Counted from the stretch's first letter, positions 9,201-16,739 are shown. The stretch: DNA of 21,437 nt from Terriglobia bacterium (GCA_965223005.1 CBDCVK010000004.1:1-21437); one strand, 5' to 3'. Notes: a model not told the origin generated them from the sequence alone. Translations and numbers: made by a program.

Positions 9201-9725
9201 ACACTTGCCCGCCACCGGGTGCAGTTTCACGTCGTAATAGCCCATCTCGCAAAGCTGGTCCGCCGGAACGCGCAGCTTGGCGTTAATCTTGTCAATGACC
9301 GCCCCGGTGCCGCCAGCGCACTTGTCATTCATGCTGGGAAGCTTCTTCTTGCGTCCCGTCTCCGGGTCGGGCTTGAAGATGATGATCTTGGCGTCCTGTC
9401 CGCCCAGCTCGATGACCGACTCGCACGCCGGGTAAAGCTTTTCCACGGCCAGCGAAACCGCGTTGACCTCCTGGACGAACTTGCCGCCCAGGAACCTGGC
9501 CAGCCCGTTGCCGCCGCTGCCGGTAACGAACAGCCGCGTATTCTCGGGCTTCAGATCGGGTATGTCGCTCTCGATCTGCTTGAGCAGCTCCAGGACCTTT
9601 TCCGGCTGCTTGGTGTCGTGGCGTTGATAATCGTCCCAGAGAATCTTGTCCGTCGCTGCTTCGACCACCACCGCCTTGACGGTAGTCGAACCAACGTCCA
9701 TCCCGATCATGTAGCTTGTGCTCAT
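6219..9725 (-). CDS. Double BadF/BadG/BcrA/BcrD ATPase (2-hydroxyacyl-CoA dehydratase activator) + DUF2229-type reductase/dehydratase domain; PlsA/Ger-like
   Basis: Domain 1: 'GMDVGSTTVK', 'ELGGQDAK', 'MNDKCAGGTG', 'KCGVFAET'. Domain 2: 'GIDGGSTSTK', 'DVGGQDIK', 'NTQCSAGNG', 'GCAVFMQS'. Linker 'CYFCKNKC..CEKG'. C-terminal 'IGMPRVLN', 'CFPSK', 'ACP', 'LARPYHNDPGINH', 'SFKCGHD'. Start 9725 (MSTSY) is probable; ORF is open to 9767. Confidence 0.9.
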   Translation of the reverse strand: MSTSYMIGMDVGSTTVKAVVVEAATDKILWDDYQRHDTKQPEKVLELLKQIESDIPDLKPENTRLFVTGSGGNGLARFLGGKFVQEVNAVSLAVEKLYPACESVIELGGQDAKIIIFKPDPETGRKKKLPSMNDKCAGGTGAVIDKINAKLRVPADQLCEMGYYDVKLHPVAGKCGVFAETDINGLQKQGVTPPELMASLFEAIVQQNLSVLTRGNTLRPVVLLLGGPNTYIKGMRDCWKHNIPKIWEERNFPLPAGVDPKDLIQTPENAQYFAAIGSVEFGKTEEEHIGSYLGWQKLEWYITVGRDEEKAKRAGGGGLAKNQEDLDAFYAGYGKREKFKSGQLQPGTVLEGFIGIDGGSTSTKGVIVDHDRNVLFKSYSLSKGNPIEDTMELLARLRKQVEDQGATLQVLGVGTTGYAKDILKDAVNADVALVETVAHTESAVHFYPGVDVICDVGGQDIKIIILKDGRVKDFKLNTQCSAGNGYFLQSTCEGFGLQVEQYADIAFGATSFPQFGYGCAVFMQSDIVDFQRQGWKAEEIMAGLCNVLPKNIWLYVSQIPNLSSLGTQFVLQGGTQHNLAAVKAQVDFIGGRFKGKDLEPDVVVHKHCGEAGAIGCAFEAVRLYENGHRTSFMGLDAVAQITYTTTRNESTRCYFCKNKCLRTFIDIQASTASDTTRPTVKSKVPLEPGAQRLIIATCEKGTVENVDDMRHIKSGLDAMKKENPNLVDVASRAAFRSYGAPVVADPVLRRAFTQGQKKRVQLMKRRSEIKIGMPRVLNMYSQTPFFSGYFEALGVKPENLIYSEYTSEQLYKEGAKRGAIDPCFPSKVGIPHVHNLLYVIHPKKKLDVLFFPMIDSLTSDLVGTQDSRACPTVTGTPSAVKAAFTKEGDLFREKGVLWMDTLVCMDKPDVLCRQMYEDWKDILGLSEEENYRAVEEGYKQLNYFDNVVLRGQAREIISKLEAEDKLGVVLLARPYHNDPGINHEILEEFQKLGYPVIAQDALPIDDDMLWKLFHEEVQAGEIAHPMAISDVWKNSYSENTSRKVWAAKYIARHPNLVALEMSSFKCGHDAPIYSVVEEIVEHSGTPYFCFKDIDENKPTGSIKIRVETIGYFLKRYREDMVRAKQKTAEIDTRLRELEEQLRREFTAHPEWTPSPEQAAEIEEAVPGD

Positions 9726-9795
9726 AGGTTTTATCTCGATGCCCTTGCCGGCCGCAGCAGGCTGCACAGTCCGGGCGCCGGTGGCCCCAGGGGGG

Positions 9796-11592
9796 TTAGT
9801 GCACCTGGGCTGCGGCGCCTTTCATCTGATGTGTCTGGTCACGCTTCTGGCGGTCGGCGATGTGGTACACCATCAGGGCAGCTTCGCCGATCACACCTTT
9901 CCGGTGCGGGAGGTGATACATGGGCCGCTTCAACTCCGGGTTCGCGTCCACGTAGGCCTTGCAACTCTCCAGGGTCAAGCCGGTGCTCTGGAGCGCTTCA
10001 GCGAACTCGTTCTTGGCCTTCAACTTGGCCTCGCCCAGCGCCATTTGCACGCGGCTATGGGCGTTGATCTCGCCTTCACCGGAGGTCTCAATGGGCAGGA
10101 AGATCATGTCCTTGTATTGGGTGATAACCGCCGACTGCGCCCCGTCGGACTGCGTCGAGGGCATGCAACCGAACGGCTTCAAGGAAAGCACCATGTGGCA
10201 GAGGTCTTTGTTGGAGTAGTAGATGTTCTTGGCCACTTCCAAGTGCCCTTCGCCGCCGGCGGAGCGGGAGTTGTAGAAGGGATGCCCCAGCCGCTGCATC
10301 TCGTACTGGTCGGTAAGCCCGTGTGCGATGCCTCCCAGGGCGTCCTTGACGCGGTGGTATTCCCGCTTGAAGATGGCTTCAGCCAGCTTCAATTGCGCAA
10401 GCTTCTTGCGGTAGTTGATCTCGATTTTCGCGTGTTTGTCCAGGCGCCACTTGGGCGGGCTGACGATGCCTTCCTCCAGGCCCTTCTTGTCGCGGACGGA
10501 CTGGACCGACTGGTGCAGCATGTACATGATCCAGGTCCCAACCGGCTCCACCAGGATCTGGGCCCCCTCCCGCTCCAGGAAAGCGAACATGTTGAAGTTC
10601 CCGTCGCCCTCGGTGGTTTGCGCCCAGAACTCGCCGGTGATCTTCACAATGGGCTTGACCCGCAGGCGGTCGACTTCGATTTGGTCAAAGCGGTCCCGCA
10701 CGTGGTGCAGAGCCTCCATATAGTCGTCGCCCAGGATTTGGTTCAGGAATTTGCCCAAGTAAGAGCCCGTGTCAGCGACCTTGGGGAAGTGCTTGAGGTA
10801 GCGCTCCAGGTTCCCGTTGAGTTGCCACGGGCGCTTCTTCCGCATCACCTCGTGCATGTAGTCCATCACTTCTTCCAGCACCCTGTCGGTCTCACCTTCC
10901 TTGACCTCAAAGGGAGCGATCAGGTGAGTCATCTCGCCCATGAGGTCGCCGACGTTCATGGAGTTGATCATGGTGAGGAAGAAATCCAGGTTCATTTCCA
11001 GGCCGGCCTCGGCATCGGACTGGGAAAGGCCCCCGCCCTGCTGGAACAGGACGACCCGGAAGTCGCCAAAGCCGGCGTTGCGCAGCGCCAGGCGGTACTC
11101 GGCTTCATACATGCCGAAACGACACGGCCCGCAGGCGCCGGCGGTCAGAAAAATGTAGTTGTTGGCAATCTCGTCCTTGCTCATGCCCTGGGCTTCCAGT
11201 CCCTGCAGGTACTGGACCAGGTTGCCCACCGTGAAGTAGGTGGGGTTGCACTGCCCGTTATTCCCGTACTCTTTCCCCGTCTGAAACGCTTTCACATCGG
11301 GTGTGGGCACGACTTCACACTTGTAGCCCAGACCTTCCCAAGCACCTAGGATCAGCTTCTCGTGCTTCCAGGTGAGGCCGCCGAACAGCAGCGTGGTGTG
11401 GGGGCGTTGACTCTTGGTGAAAGGCCGCTCCACGGGTCCTTTGAAGTGGTGGACCGATTTCCGAGTGACGCCGGCTTCCTTTTCCATGCGCACCCGTTCT
11501 TCGGCCAAGCGCTGCCGGATCATCTCCTCGACCGGCTGGATTTGAACAAGCCCACTTTCTGGACTGTGGAAAGACTGGCTGTTTGTGCTCAT
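9796..11592 (-). CDS. 2-hydroxyacyl-CoA dehydratase/reductase-like Fe-S subunit; PlsR-like partner
   Basis: 'GKEYGNNGQCNPTYFTVGNL', 'GACGPCRFGMY', 'KITGEFW', 'GGEGHLEV', 'LKPFGCMP', 'LPIETSG...NAHSRVQM'. RBS GAGGAG upstream; co-oriented with the activator gene. Confidence 0.85.
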   Translation of the reverse strand: MSTNSQSFHSPESGLVQIQPVEEMIRQRLAEERVRMEKEAGVTRKSVHHFKGPVERPFTKSQRPHTTLLFGGLTWKHEKLILGAWEGLGYKCEVVPTPDVKAFQTGKEYGNNGQCNPTYFTVGNLVQYLQGLEAQGMSKDEIANNYIFLTAGACGPCRFGMYEAEYRLALRNAGFGDFRVVLFQQGGGLSQSDAEAGLEMNLDFFLTMINSMNVGDLMGEMTHLIAPFEVKEGETDRVLEEVMDYMHEVMRKKRPWQLNGNLERYLKHFPKVADTGSYLGKFLNQILGDDYMEALHHVRDRFDQIEVDRLRVKPIVKITGEFWAQTTEGDGNFNMFAFLEREGAQILVEPVGTWIMYMLHQSVQSVRDKKGLEEGIVSPPKWRLDKHAKIEINYRKKLAQLKLAEAIFKREYHRVKDALGGIAHGLTDQYEMQRLGHPFYNSRSAGGEGHLEVAKNIYYSNKDLCHMVLSLKPFGCMPSTQSDGAQSAVITQYKDMIFLPIETSGEGEINAHSRVQMALGEAKLKAKNEFAEALQSTGLTLESCKAYVDANPELKRPMYHLPHRKGVIGEAALMVYHIADRQKRDQTHQMKGAAAQVH

Positions 11593-11747
11593 CGCTCTCC
11601 TCGCATGAAATTAAACTGCGCCCACGTGCATGCAGAAGCGGGACCCCATGCACAGGAATACATGCGTATCCTACTAGCAACACTAGGACTTCAGTAAATC
11701 GCTTTCCATTGAACGGCGACGCCGCTACTCTCAACGGCGGCTGCGGA

Positions 11748-11769
11748 ATGTTAAGCGGATGTTAAGCGG
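11748..11769. promoter_or_regulatory. Perfect 11-bp direct repeat (ATGTTAAGCGG x2), candidate OmpR/PhoB-family regulator site
   Basis: TGTTAA-N5-TGTTAA, one helical turn apart, ~155-180 bp upstream of the 11592 start. Confidence 0.55.
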
Positions 11770-11864
11770 AATCCTCTGATTTGTCTGGGGGTTATATGCA
11801 CCCCAAGGGGTGTTGGAAGAGTCCCCTGAGTGAGACATAGCAAGCCCACACGCGCGGTAAACAT

Positions 11865-12815
11865 TCAACGGCCTGACGAACGTTGGCGGGAACGATGAGA
11901 CGGCAGGCTGCCGCCCCTTTTCCTGCCGGAGCTTGTCTCCCATCCACTACCCGAGGAAGGCCTCGATCTCGCCGAAGACCTGGGGCGGCCGGCTCCGCCT
12001 CCGCCGGGATACCCATCCCCAGGGAAGGAGGGTTGTCGATAGACATAGCGAGGACGAGGGCAACGGTAGACAAAGCCAAAGGGCGATCGGATTGAGTAGC
12101 GGTACGGCAGGAAGGTGTAGTAACCGAAGCCGGAATGGAAGAACCACTGGCTGGACCGCAAGGAGGAGCGTCGATTGCCGAAACTATTGACCGCGGCATA
12201 GGAGGCGGTAGCCAGTTCCGCAGACCGGAACCGGTTCCAATGGTCAAACTCATCCAGTTCCTTCCGGTCGTACTTTACCGCCGCGCTGAAAGTTCCTGCC
12301 GGGGCTAGGTCCAAGTACCTACCTCCCTTGAGGGGGCCCTTCCTCCCGGGCACTCGCAACTTGCCTTTTTCGACATGGACGCGCAAGGAGTTGGGAGCAG
12401 CTCCAAAGCGGTATAGGCCGGTGCGCTTGACGGGAATCGAGTGTTCCCGCCAGAGCATCAAAATGGAAGTTCCCTTCCGAGTTTCGTTGACCTCCAACAT
12501 GGCGGTCCCCGAAACCAGCTCGACGCGAACGTCTGCGAGCTGTGAGGAGAGCAGCCGGACTGTGGCGTGGCTATCCAGGCGCAGAAAACTGCCCGGAGTC
12601 AGAAGCAGTTCCAGGCGCCCCCGCTCGGTCGTTACACTCTGGCCTTCGGCGATTTGCCGCTTGATCTTTTCGTCCGGGCCGGTGGGCAGCGTCACCGCGC
12701 CCTGCCAGTAATTTACGTAACCGGCACGCGCCGAGATGACGTGCTGAGCCGCCGCAGGTACTGCCAGTGGAAGGACCAGGAGGAGCGCAAGCTTGCCCAC
12801 GGTCATAGGCATCAC
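11865..12815 (-). CDS. Secreted FecR-domain protein
   Basis: Signal peptide 'KLALLLVLPLAVPAAA|QHV'. FecR-like 'VTTERGRLELLLTPGSFLRLDSHATVRL...VELVSGTAMLEV...GLYRF...VHVEKGKL'. 'DEFDHWN..R', then an aromatic and low-complexity tail. Confidence 0.8.
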   Translation of the reverse strand: MMPMTVGKLALLLVLPLAVPAAAQHVISARAGYVNYWQGAVTLPTGPDEKIKRQIAEGQSVTTERGRLELLLTPGSFLRLDSHATVRLLSSQLADVRVELVSGTAMLEVNETRKGTSILMLWREHSIPVKRTGLYRFGAAPNSLRVHVEKGKLRVPGRKGPLKGGRYLDLAPAGTFSAAVKYDRKELDEFDHWNRFRSAELATASYAAVNSFGNRRSSLRSSQWFFHSGFGYYTFLPYRYSIRSPFGFVYRCPRPRYVYRQPSFPGDGYPGGGGAGRPRSSARSRPSSGSGWETSSGRKRGGSLPSHRSRQRSSGR

Positions 12816-12832
12816 TCACGAAAATTCTATCA
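12814..12832 (-). promoter_or_regulatory. Extended -10 promoter of the FecR-domain gene (probably leaderless or near-leaderless transcript)
   Basis: Minus strand TGaTAGAAT-tttcgtga-GTG ATG. The -10 ends 8 nt before the first start codon. Confidence 0.5.
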
Positions 12833-12839
12833 CAACTCC

Positions 12840-13199
12840 TCAGTGGAGAACATGGAACAGGACCGAGGAAATCACGATGAGCAGGACCCCGCTCGAGATC
12901 CATGCGTAGCGGTAATCGCCCTCGCGCGCAAAGCAGATGATCGCCACTACGATGCGCATGACTGGCGTCAGGAGAAGCAAGGTGATGCCGGCCTGCATGA
13001 CTGCGGTGGCATCCAGGAGCAGCAGATGACTGGCGAGAGTCTCCAGGGGATAGGTCGCTTGACGGCCGGGCCGGGCCAGCGCCAGCAGGACCCCTACCAG
13101 CATCAGCAAGGCCGAGCCGTAGGAGCCTAACCTGAGGACCCATGAAATCCAGCGAATGGTGTCATCCTCGCGCGCCGCCTTGTGTGTCACTGTGCCCAA
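12840..13199 (-). CDS. DUF1634-family membrane protein
   Basis: Three to four hydrophobic segments; 'ISWVLRLG', 'AGITLLLLTPVMRIV...FAREGDYRYAWIS..VLLI'. Typical partner of TauE. Confidence 0.85.
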   Translation of the reverse strand: MGTVTHKAAREDDTIRWISWVLRLGSYGSALLMLVGVLLALARPGRQATYPLETLASHLLLLDATAVMQAGITLLLLTPVMRIVVAIICFAREGDYRYAWISSGVLLIVISSVLFHVLH

Positions 13200-13201
13200 C
13201 C

Positions 13202-13978
13202 CTATCCCTCCATTCGCAAGCCTTGCAGGCCCATGGAAAGTGCCAGGTAAAACATCAGGCCCACAAACAACCAGAGAATCCAGCGCGTAGGTACCCGCGG
13301 GAAGATGCGCGACCCGGCCAGAGAGCCCACAAAAACCCCAACGACCACTGGAGCTGTGGGGTACACCAGAACGTCGCCCCGCAGGTAGTAGATGAAGGCG
13401 CTTGCCGCTGCCGTCACGCCGATCATGAAATTACTGGTGGCCGTGGCCACCTTCAGTGGCACCCCCATCAGCAGGTACATCATGGGAACCTTAACGGGAC
13501 CGCCGCCCACCCCCAGCAGGCCGGAGATGTTTCCCGCCAGGTAGGAAATTCCCATGCCCAAAGGGAGGCGCCGCACCTGGTAGTCAGTCAGATCCTCTTC
13601 ACGGGGCCGTGGCTTCAGTGCGCGGCGCACCAGAGTGCTTCCGGCGTAGAGCAGAAACAAGGCGAAGATGAGGGTCAGCCACCGCCGACTCAGCAACCCC
13701 GCGGTGAGAGCGCCGCTGACGGCCCCAACCGTGGTGGCCAGCTCCAGGACCATTCCCAAGCGAATGTCGCTGAGCTTCTCCTGCACGTAGAAACTGGCAG
13801 CGACACTGGACGTGGCGATGATCGCGACCAGGCTGGTAGCAATCGCCTGTTCGATGGGGACGTCGAACAGAAGGATCAGGAAAGGAGTAATAAGCAGCCC
13901 GCCGCCGATTCCCAACAGCGACCCGAGCAAACCTGCGCCGGCTCCTAAACCTACCAGCCCCAGCAGGTAAACCGGCAT
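13202..13978 (-). CDS. Sulfite exporter TauE/SafE (TSUP) family permease
   Basis: Duplicated 'G.LGIGGG...P' / 'SGLLGVGGGPVKVP', 'AIATSL', 'ATATSNFMIGVTA'; ~8 TM segments. Confidence 0.92.
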   Translation of the reverse strand: MPVYLLGLVGLGAGAGLLGSLLGIGGGLLITPFLILLFDVPIEQAIATSLVAIIATSSVAASFYVQEKLSDIRLGMVLELATTVGAVSGALTAGLLSRRWLTLIFALFLLYAGSTLVRRALKPRPREEDLTDYQVRRLPLGMGISYLAGNISGLLGVGGGPVKVPMMYLLMGVPLKVATATSNFMIGVTAAASAFIYYLRGDVLVYPTAPVVVGVFVGSLAGSRIFPRVPTRWILWLFVGLMFYLALSMGLQGLRMEG

Positions 13979-13983
13979 ACAAG

Positions 13984-14120
13984 CAGGTGTCGTGTGTTAG
14001 GTACGAGTGTCAGGTATCAGGGACCAGCTTTGACTTGCCCAGCTCTAACTCGTAAGGTGGCCGCCTTGCAGAATCCGCAACTCCCAGTGCCACCCTGGCA
14101 CCCAGCACCTGAGCCCTAGC
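13984..14120. repeat. Degenerate heptamer arrays in inverted orientation (long hairpin) downstream of pnp
   Basis: Left arm: caggtgt cgtgtgt taggtac gagtgt caggtat cagggac. Right arm: ctggcac ccagcac ctgagcc ctag. Confidence 0.55.
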
Positions 14121-16257
14121 TATTTGTCGCCTCCGCCGTTTTCCGCTTGTCCCGCTGGTCACGGAGTACGGCTTTGCGGCTCAGCTTGACCTTGTTCCCA
14201 TCAATGTTGATGACTTTCACCAGGATCTGGTCACCTTCCTTCAGTTCGTCGCCAACTGCACGAACCCGCTGCTCGGCGATTTCGCTGATGTGGAGCAGCC
14301 CGTCAGTGCCGGGAATGATTTCCACGAAGGCCCCGAAATCCACGATGCGAACAACCTTCCCCAGGTACGTCTTGCCCATCTCGGCCGAGGCCGTCAGATC
14401 GGCAACGATCTGCATGGCGCGCCCCGCCGAGGCTTCGTCGGAAGACGCGATGTGCACCGAGCCGTCGTCCTCGACGTTAATCTTGACGCCGGTTCGCTCA
14501 ATGATGGAGCGGATGATTTTGCCGCCCGGCCCGATGACATCGCGGATCTTGTCCGGGGGGATGTGCATGACGTAGATTCGGGGCGCATAGGCAGAGATGG
14601 CCGTGCGCGGTTCGGGCAGTGTTTCCAGCATCCGGTCGAGGATGTACAGCCGGGCATGCCGTGCCTGCTCCAGCGCTTCCCGAAGAATTTCCGTCGTGAC
14701 GCGGGCGACCTTGATATCCATTTGCAGGGCGGTAATGCCCTCGCGTGTGCCGGCCACTTTCAGGTCCATATCGCCGTAGTGGTCTTCGGCTCCCGCAATG
14801 TCGGTCAGGATCGAATAGGACCCGTCGTCGCCCATCACTAGCCCCATGGCGATGCCGGCCACCGGCGCCTTGATCGGAACGCCCGCATCCATCAATGCCA
14901 GGGTCGCCCCAGAGGCCGAGGCCATGGAACTGGATCCGTTGGATTCCAGAATGTCGGAAACCACCCGGATGGTATAGGGGAAGACCGCCTCTTCGGGAAG
15001 CACCGGAAGCAAGGCGCGCTCGGCGAGAGCGCCGTGGCCAATCTCGCGCCGCCCCGGACCCCGCAAGAAAGCCACCTCCCCCACGCTGAAGGGGGGAAAG
15101 TTGTAGTGCATCATGAAGCGCTTAAAGTGCTCGCCGGGCTCCAGAGCATCCATCCGTTGCGCGTCTTCCTTCGTGCCCAGAGTCGCGGTCACCAGTGCCT
15201 GAGTTTCCCCGCGGGTGAACAGCGCCGAGCCGTGAGTGCGCGGCAGCAAGCCGACCTCGCACTGAATGGTGCGGACCTTGTCAAAGGCGCGCGCGTCGGG
15301 CCGGCGGCGCTGTTGTAATAGTTCCTCGCGGAAGATCTGCTCCCGCAGATGGCCGAAGAGCTTGCCGGCCGCTGCCGCTTTTTCGGATTCCTCGGGAGGG
15401 TAAGAGCCCACCAGTTCCTTTTTCAGTGCCTTCAGCTGCAGGACGCTTTCCTGCTTCTGTTGCTTGGCGGTATCCAGCGCCTCCTTCAGGCGGTCGCGGT
15501 AGCTGCCCTCCACCTGGGCGTACAGCTCGCGATCCATCACCGGTTCGACCACCTCGCGTTTGGGCACGCCGGCTTTGGCATGCAGGTCCTCGATGGCAGC
15601 AATGATCTTCTTGCACTGCTGGTGCCCAAATTCCAGCGCGTCCATCATTGTCCCTTCGGCCACCTGCTGGGCGTCGGATTCCACCATCACGATACCTTGC
15701 TCGCTGGTCGCCACAAGCAGGTTCAGTAAGCTCTGCGACCTCTCAAGGTAAGTGGGGTTGACAACGAAGTTGCCGTTGACGAGGCCAACGCGGACCGCTG
15801 CGATCGGCATCCGGAACGGGATATCGGACAAGTGGAGCGCTGCCGAAGCTCCCACCAGGCCTAGAACGTCCGGGTCGTTGTCGGTATCGGCCGACAGGGT
15901 CAGGGCAACGACTTGCGTTTCGCAGCGAAAGCCTTTGGCAAACAGCGGACGAATCGGCCGGTCGATCCGCCGGCTGGTCAGAATCTCCTTCTCGGTCGGT
16001 CGCCCCTCGCGCTTAAAGAAGCCGCCGGGGATCTTGCCGGCAGAGTACGTGTACTCGCGGTAGTCCACCGTCAAGGGGAAGAAATCAATGCCCTCGCGGG
16101 GCTCCTGGTTGGCGCAGGCCGAGGCCAGCACCATCGAATCGCCGAAGCGTACGAGCACCGCACCACCGGCCTGCTTGGCTAACTTCCCGGTTTGAATCGA
16201 AAGCTGGCTATTCCCCAGCTCAATACTTACTTCCTGCACATTCTGTGACATTGGCAA
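14116..16257 (-). CDS. pnp: Polyribonucleotide nucleotidyltransferase (PNPase)
   Basis: 'TGKLAKQAGGAV', 'DFFPLTVDYRE', 'GGFFKREGRP', 'HYNFPPFSVGE', 'RREIGHGALA', 'ESNGSSSMAS', 'DHYGDMDLKVAG', KH and S1 domains. GAGGAG precedes TTG 16257 / ATG 16251. Confidence 0.99.
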   Translation of the reverse strand: MPMSQNVQEVSIELGNSQLSIQTGKLAKQAGGAVLVRFGDSMVLASACANQEPREGIDFFPLTVDYREYTYSAGKIPGGFFKREGRPTEKEILTSRRIDRPIRPLFAKGFRCETQVVALTLSADTDNDPDVLGLVGASAALHLSDIPFRMPIAAVRVGLVNGNFVVNPTYLERSQSLLNLLVATSEQGIVMVESDAQQVAEGTMMDALEFGHQQCKKIIAAIEDLHAKAGVPKREVVEPVMDRELYAQVEGSYRDRLKEALDTAKQQKQESVLQLKALKKELVGSYPPEESEKAAAAGKLFGHLREQIFREELLQQRRRPDARAFDKVRTIQCEVGLLPRTHGSALFTRGETQALVTATLGTKEDAQRMDALEPGEHFKRFMMHYNFPPFSVGEVAFLRGPGRREIGHGALAERALLPVLPEEAVFPYTIRVVSDILESNGSSSMASASGATLALMDAGVPIKAPVAGIAMGLVMGDDGSYSILTDIAGAEDHYGDMDLKVAGTREGITALQMDIKVARVTTEILREALEQARHARLYILDRMLETLPEPRTAISAYAPRIYVMHIPPDKIRDVIGPGGKIIRSIIERTGVKINVEDDGSVHIASSDEASAGRAMQIVADLTASAEMGKTYLGKVVRIVDFGAFVEIIPGTDGLLHISEIAEQRVRAVGDELKEGDQILVKVINIDGNKVKLSRKAVLRDQRDKRKTAEATNS

Positions 16258-16272
16258 ATCTCAACTCCTCTG

Positions 16273-16383
16273 GCATCTCCCCAAAGCTAGTTGGCTGGTG
16301 TTGCCCTAGCGCGAGGGGCCATCTCTCTTTTTTTTAACTGCGCTGTCTGAGAAAGGCAGAGAAGAAAGAATTGGAGGAAATGC
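16273..16383 (-). promoter_or_regulatory. Structured rpsO-pnp intergenic RNA (candidate RNase III stem)
   Basis: On the mRNA, GCAUUUCCUCCAA (16383-16371) can pair with UUGGGGAGAUGC (16284-16273) with one bulge and one G-U pair. Confidence 0.5.
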
Positions 16384-16386
16384 GGG

Positions 16387-16656
16387 CTAGCGACGGAGGC
16401 CCAATTTCTCGATTACCTGCCGGTAGCGCTCCGTGTCGGTCCGTTTCAGGTACTTCAACAGGCGGCGCCTCGTGCTCACCATGATCAGCAGGCCCCGACG
16501 GGAACCGTGGTCCTTGCGATGCGACTTCAGGTGTCCGGTGAGTTGCGTAATCCGTTCCGTCAGCAATGCAATCTGGACGTCGGAGGAGCCAACATCTTTC
16601 GGACCAAGCCGAAATTTCGCAATTATGGCTCCTTTTTGGTCGGCAACCAGGGGCAT
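16387..16656 (-). CDS. rpsO: 30S ribosomal protein S15
   Basis: '[40 protein letters not shown]...D..RY..VI..LGLRR'. Conserved rpsO-pnp order. Confidence 0.99.
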   Translation of the reverse strand: MPLVADQKGAIIAKFRLGPKDVGSSDVQIALLTERITQLTGHLKSHRKDHGSRRGLLIMVSTRRRLLKYLKRTDTERYRQVIEKLGLRR

Positions 16657-16709
16657 CAATCCGCCTTCTTACTCCTTCTTCGGTTTCAACCTCTCTCTGT
16701 CTCAAACGC

Positions 16710-16739
16710 AGGATAACACAAACCACCGCGACGGGCCAA
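16710..16739 (-). promoter_or_regulatory. Candidate sigma70 promoter of rpsO-pnp
   Basis: Minus strand TTGGCC-N18-TATCCT with an extended TG (TGtTATCCT), ~54 nt upstream of the ATG. Confidence 0.45.

Noticed and set aside
7203-11349. Long plus-strand ORFs (563, 282 and 543 aa)
   Set aside because: Antisense shadows of the well-supported minus-strand genes. They are expected from codon bias in GC-rich DNA and show no motifs.
6219-11592. Benzoyl-CoA reductase or hydroxyglutaryl-CoA dehydratase pathway
   Set aside because: No separate BcrB/C or HgdA/B subunits, CoA ligase/transferase or ring-cleavage genes are present. The fused layout fits the PlsA/PlsR type better, though this is not proven.
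11709-11734. FNR box (TTGA...TCAA)
   Set aside because: Half-sites are 18 nt apart, not the TTGAT-N4-ATCAA geometry.
13142-13948. 268-aa plus-strand ORF
   Set aside because: Antisense shadow of TauE.
16303-16335. Plus-strand hairpin + T8 as a terminator
   Set aside because: The stem is weak and separated from the T-run, and the orientation is opposite to rpsO-pnp.
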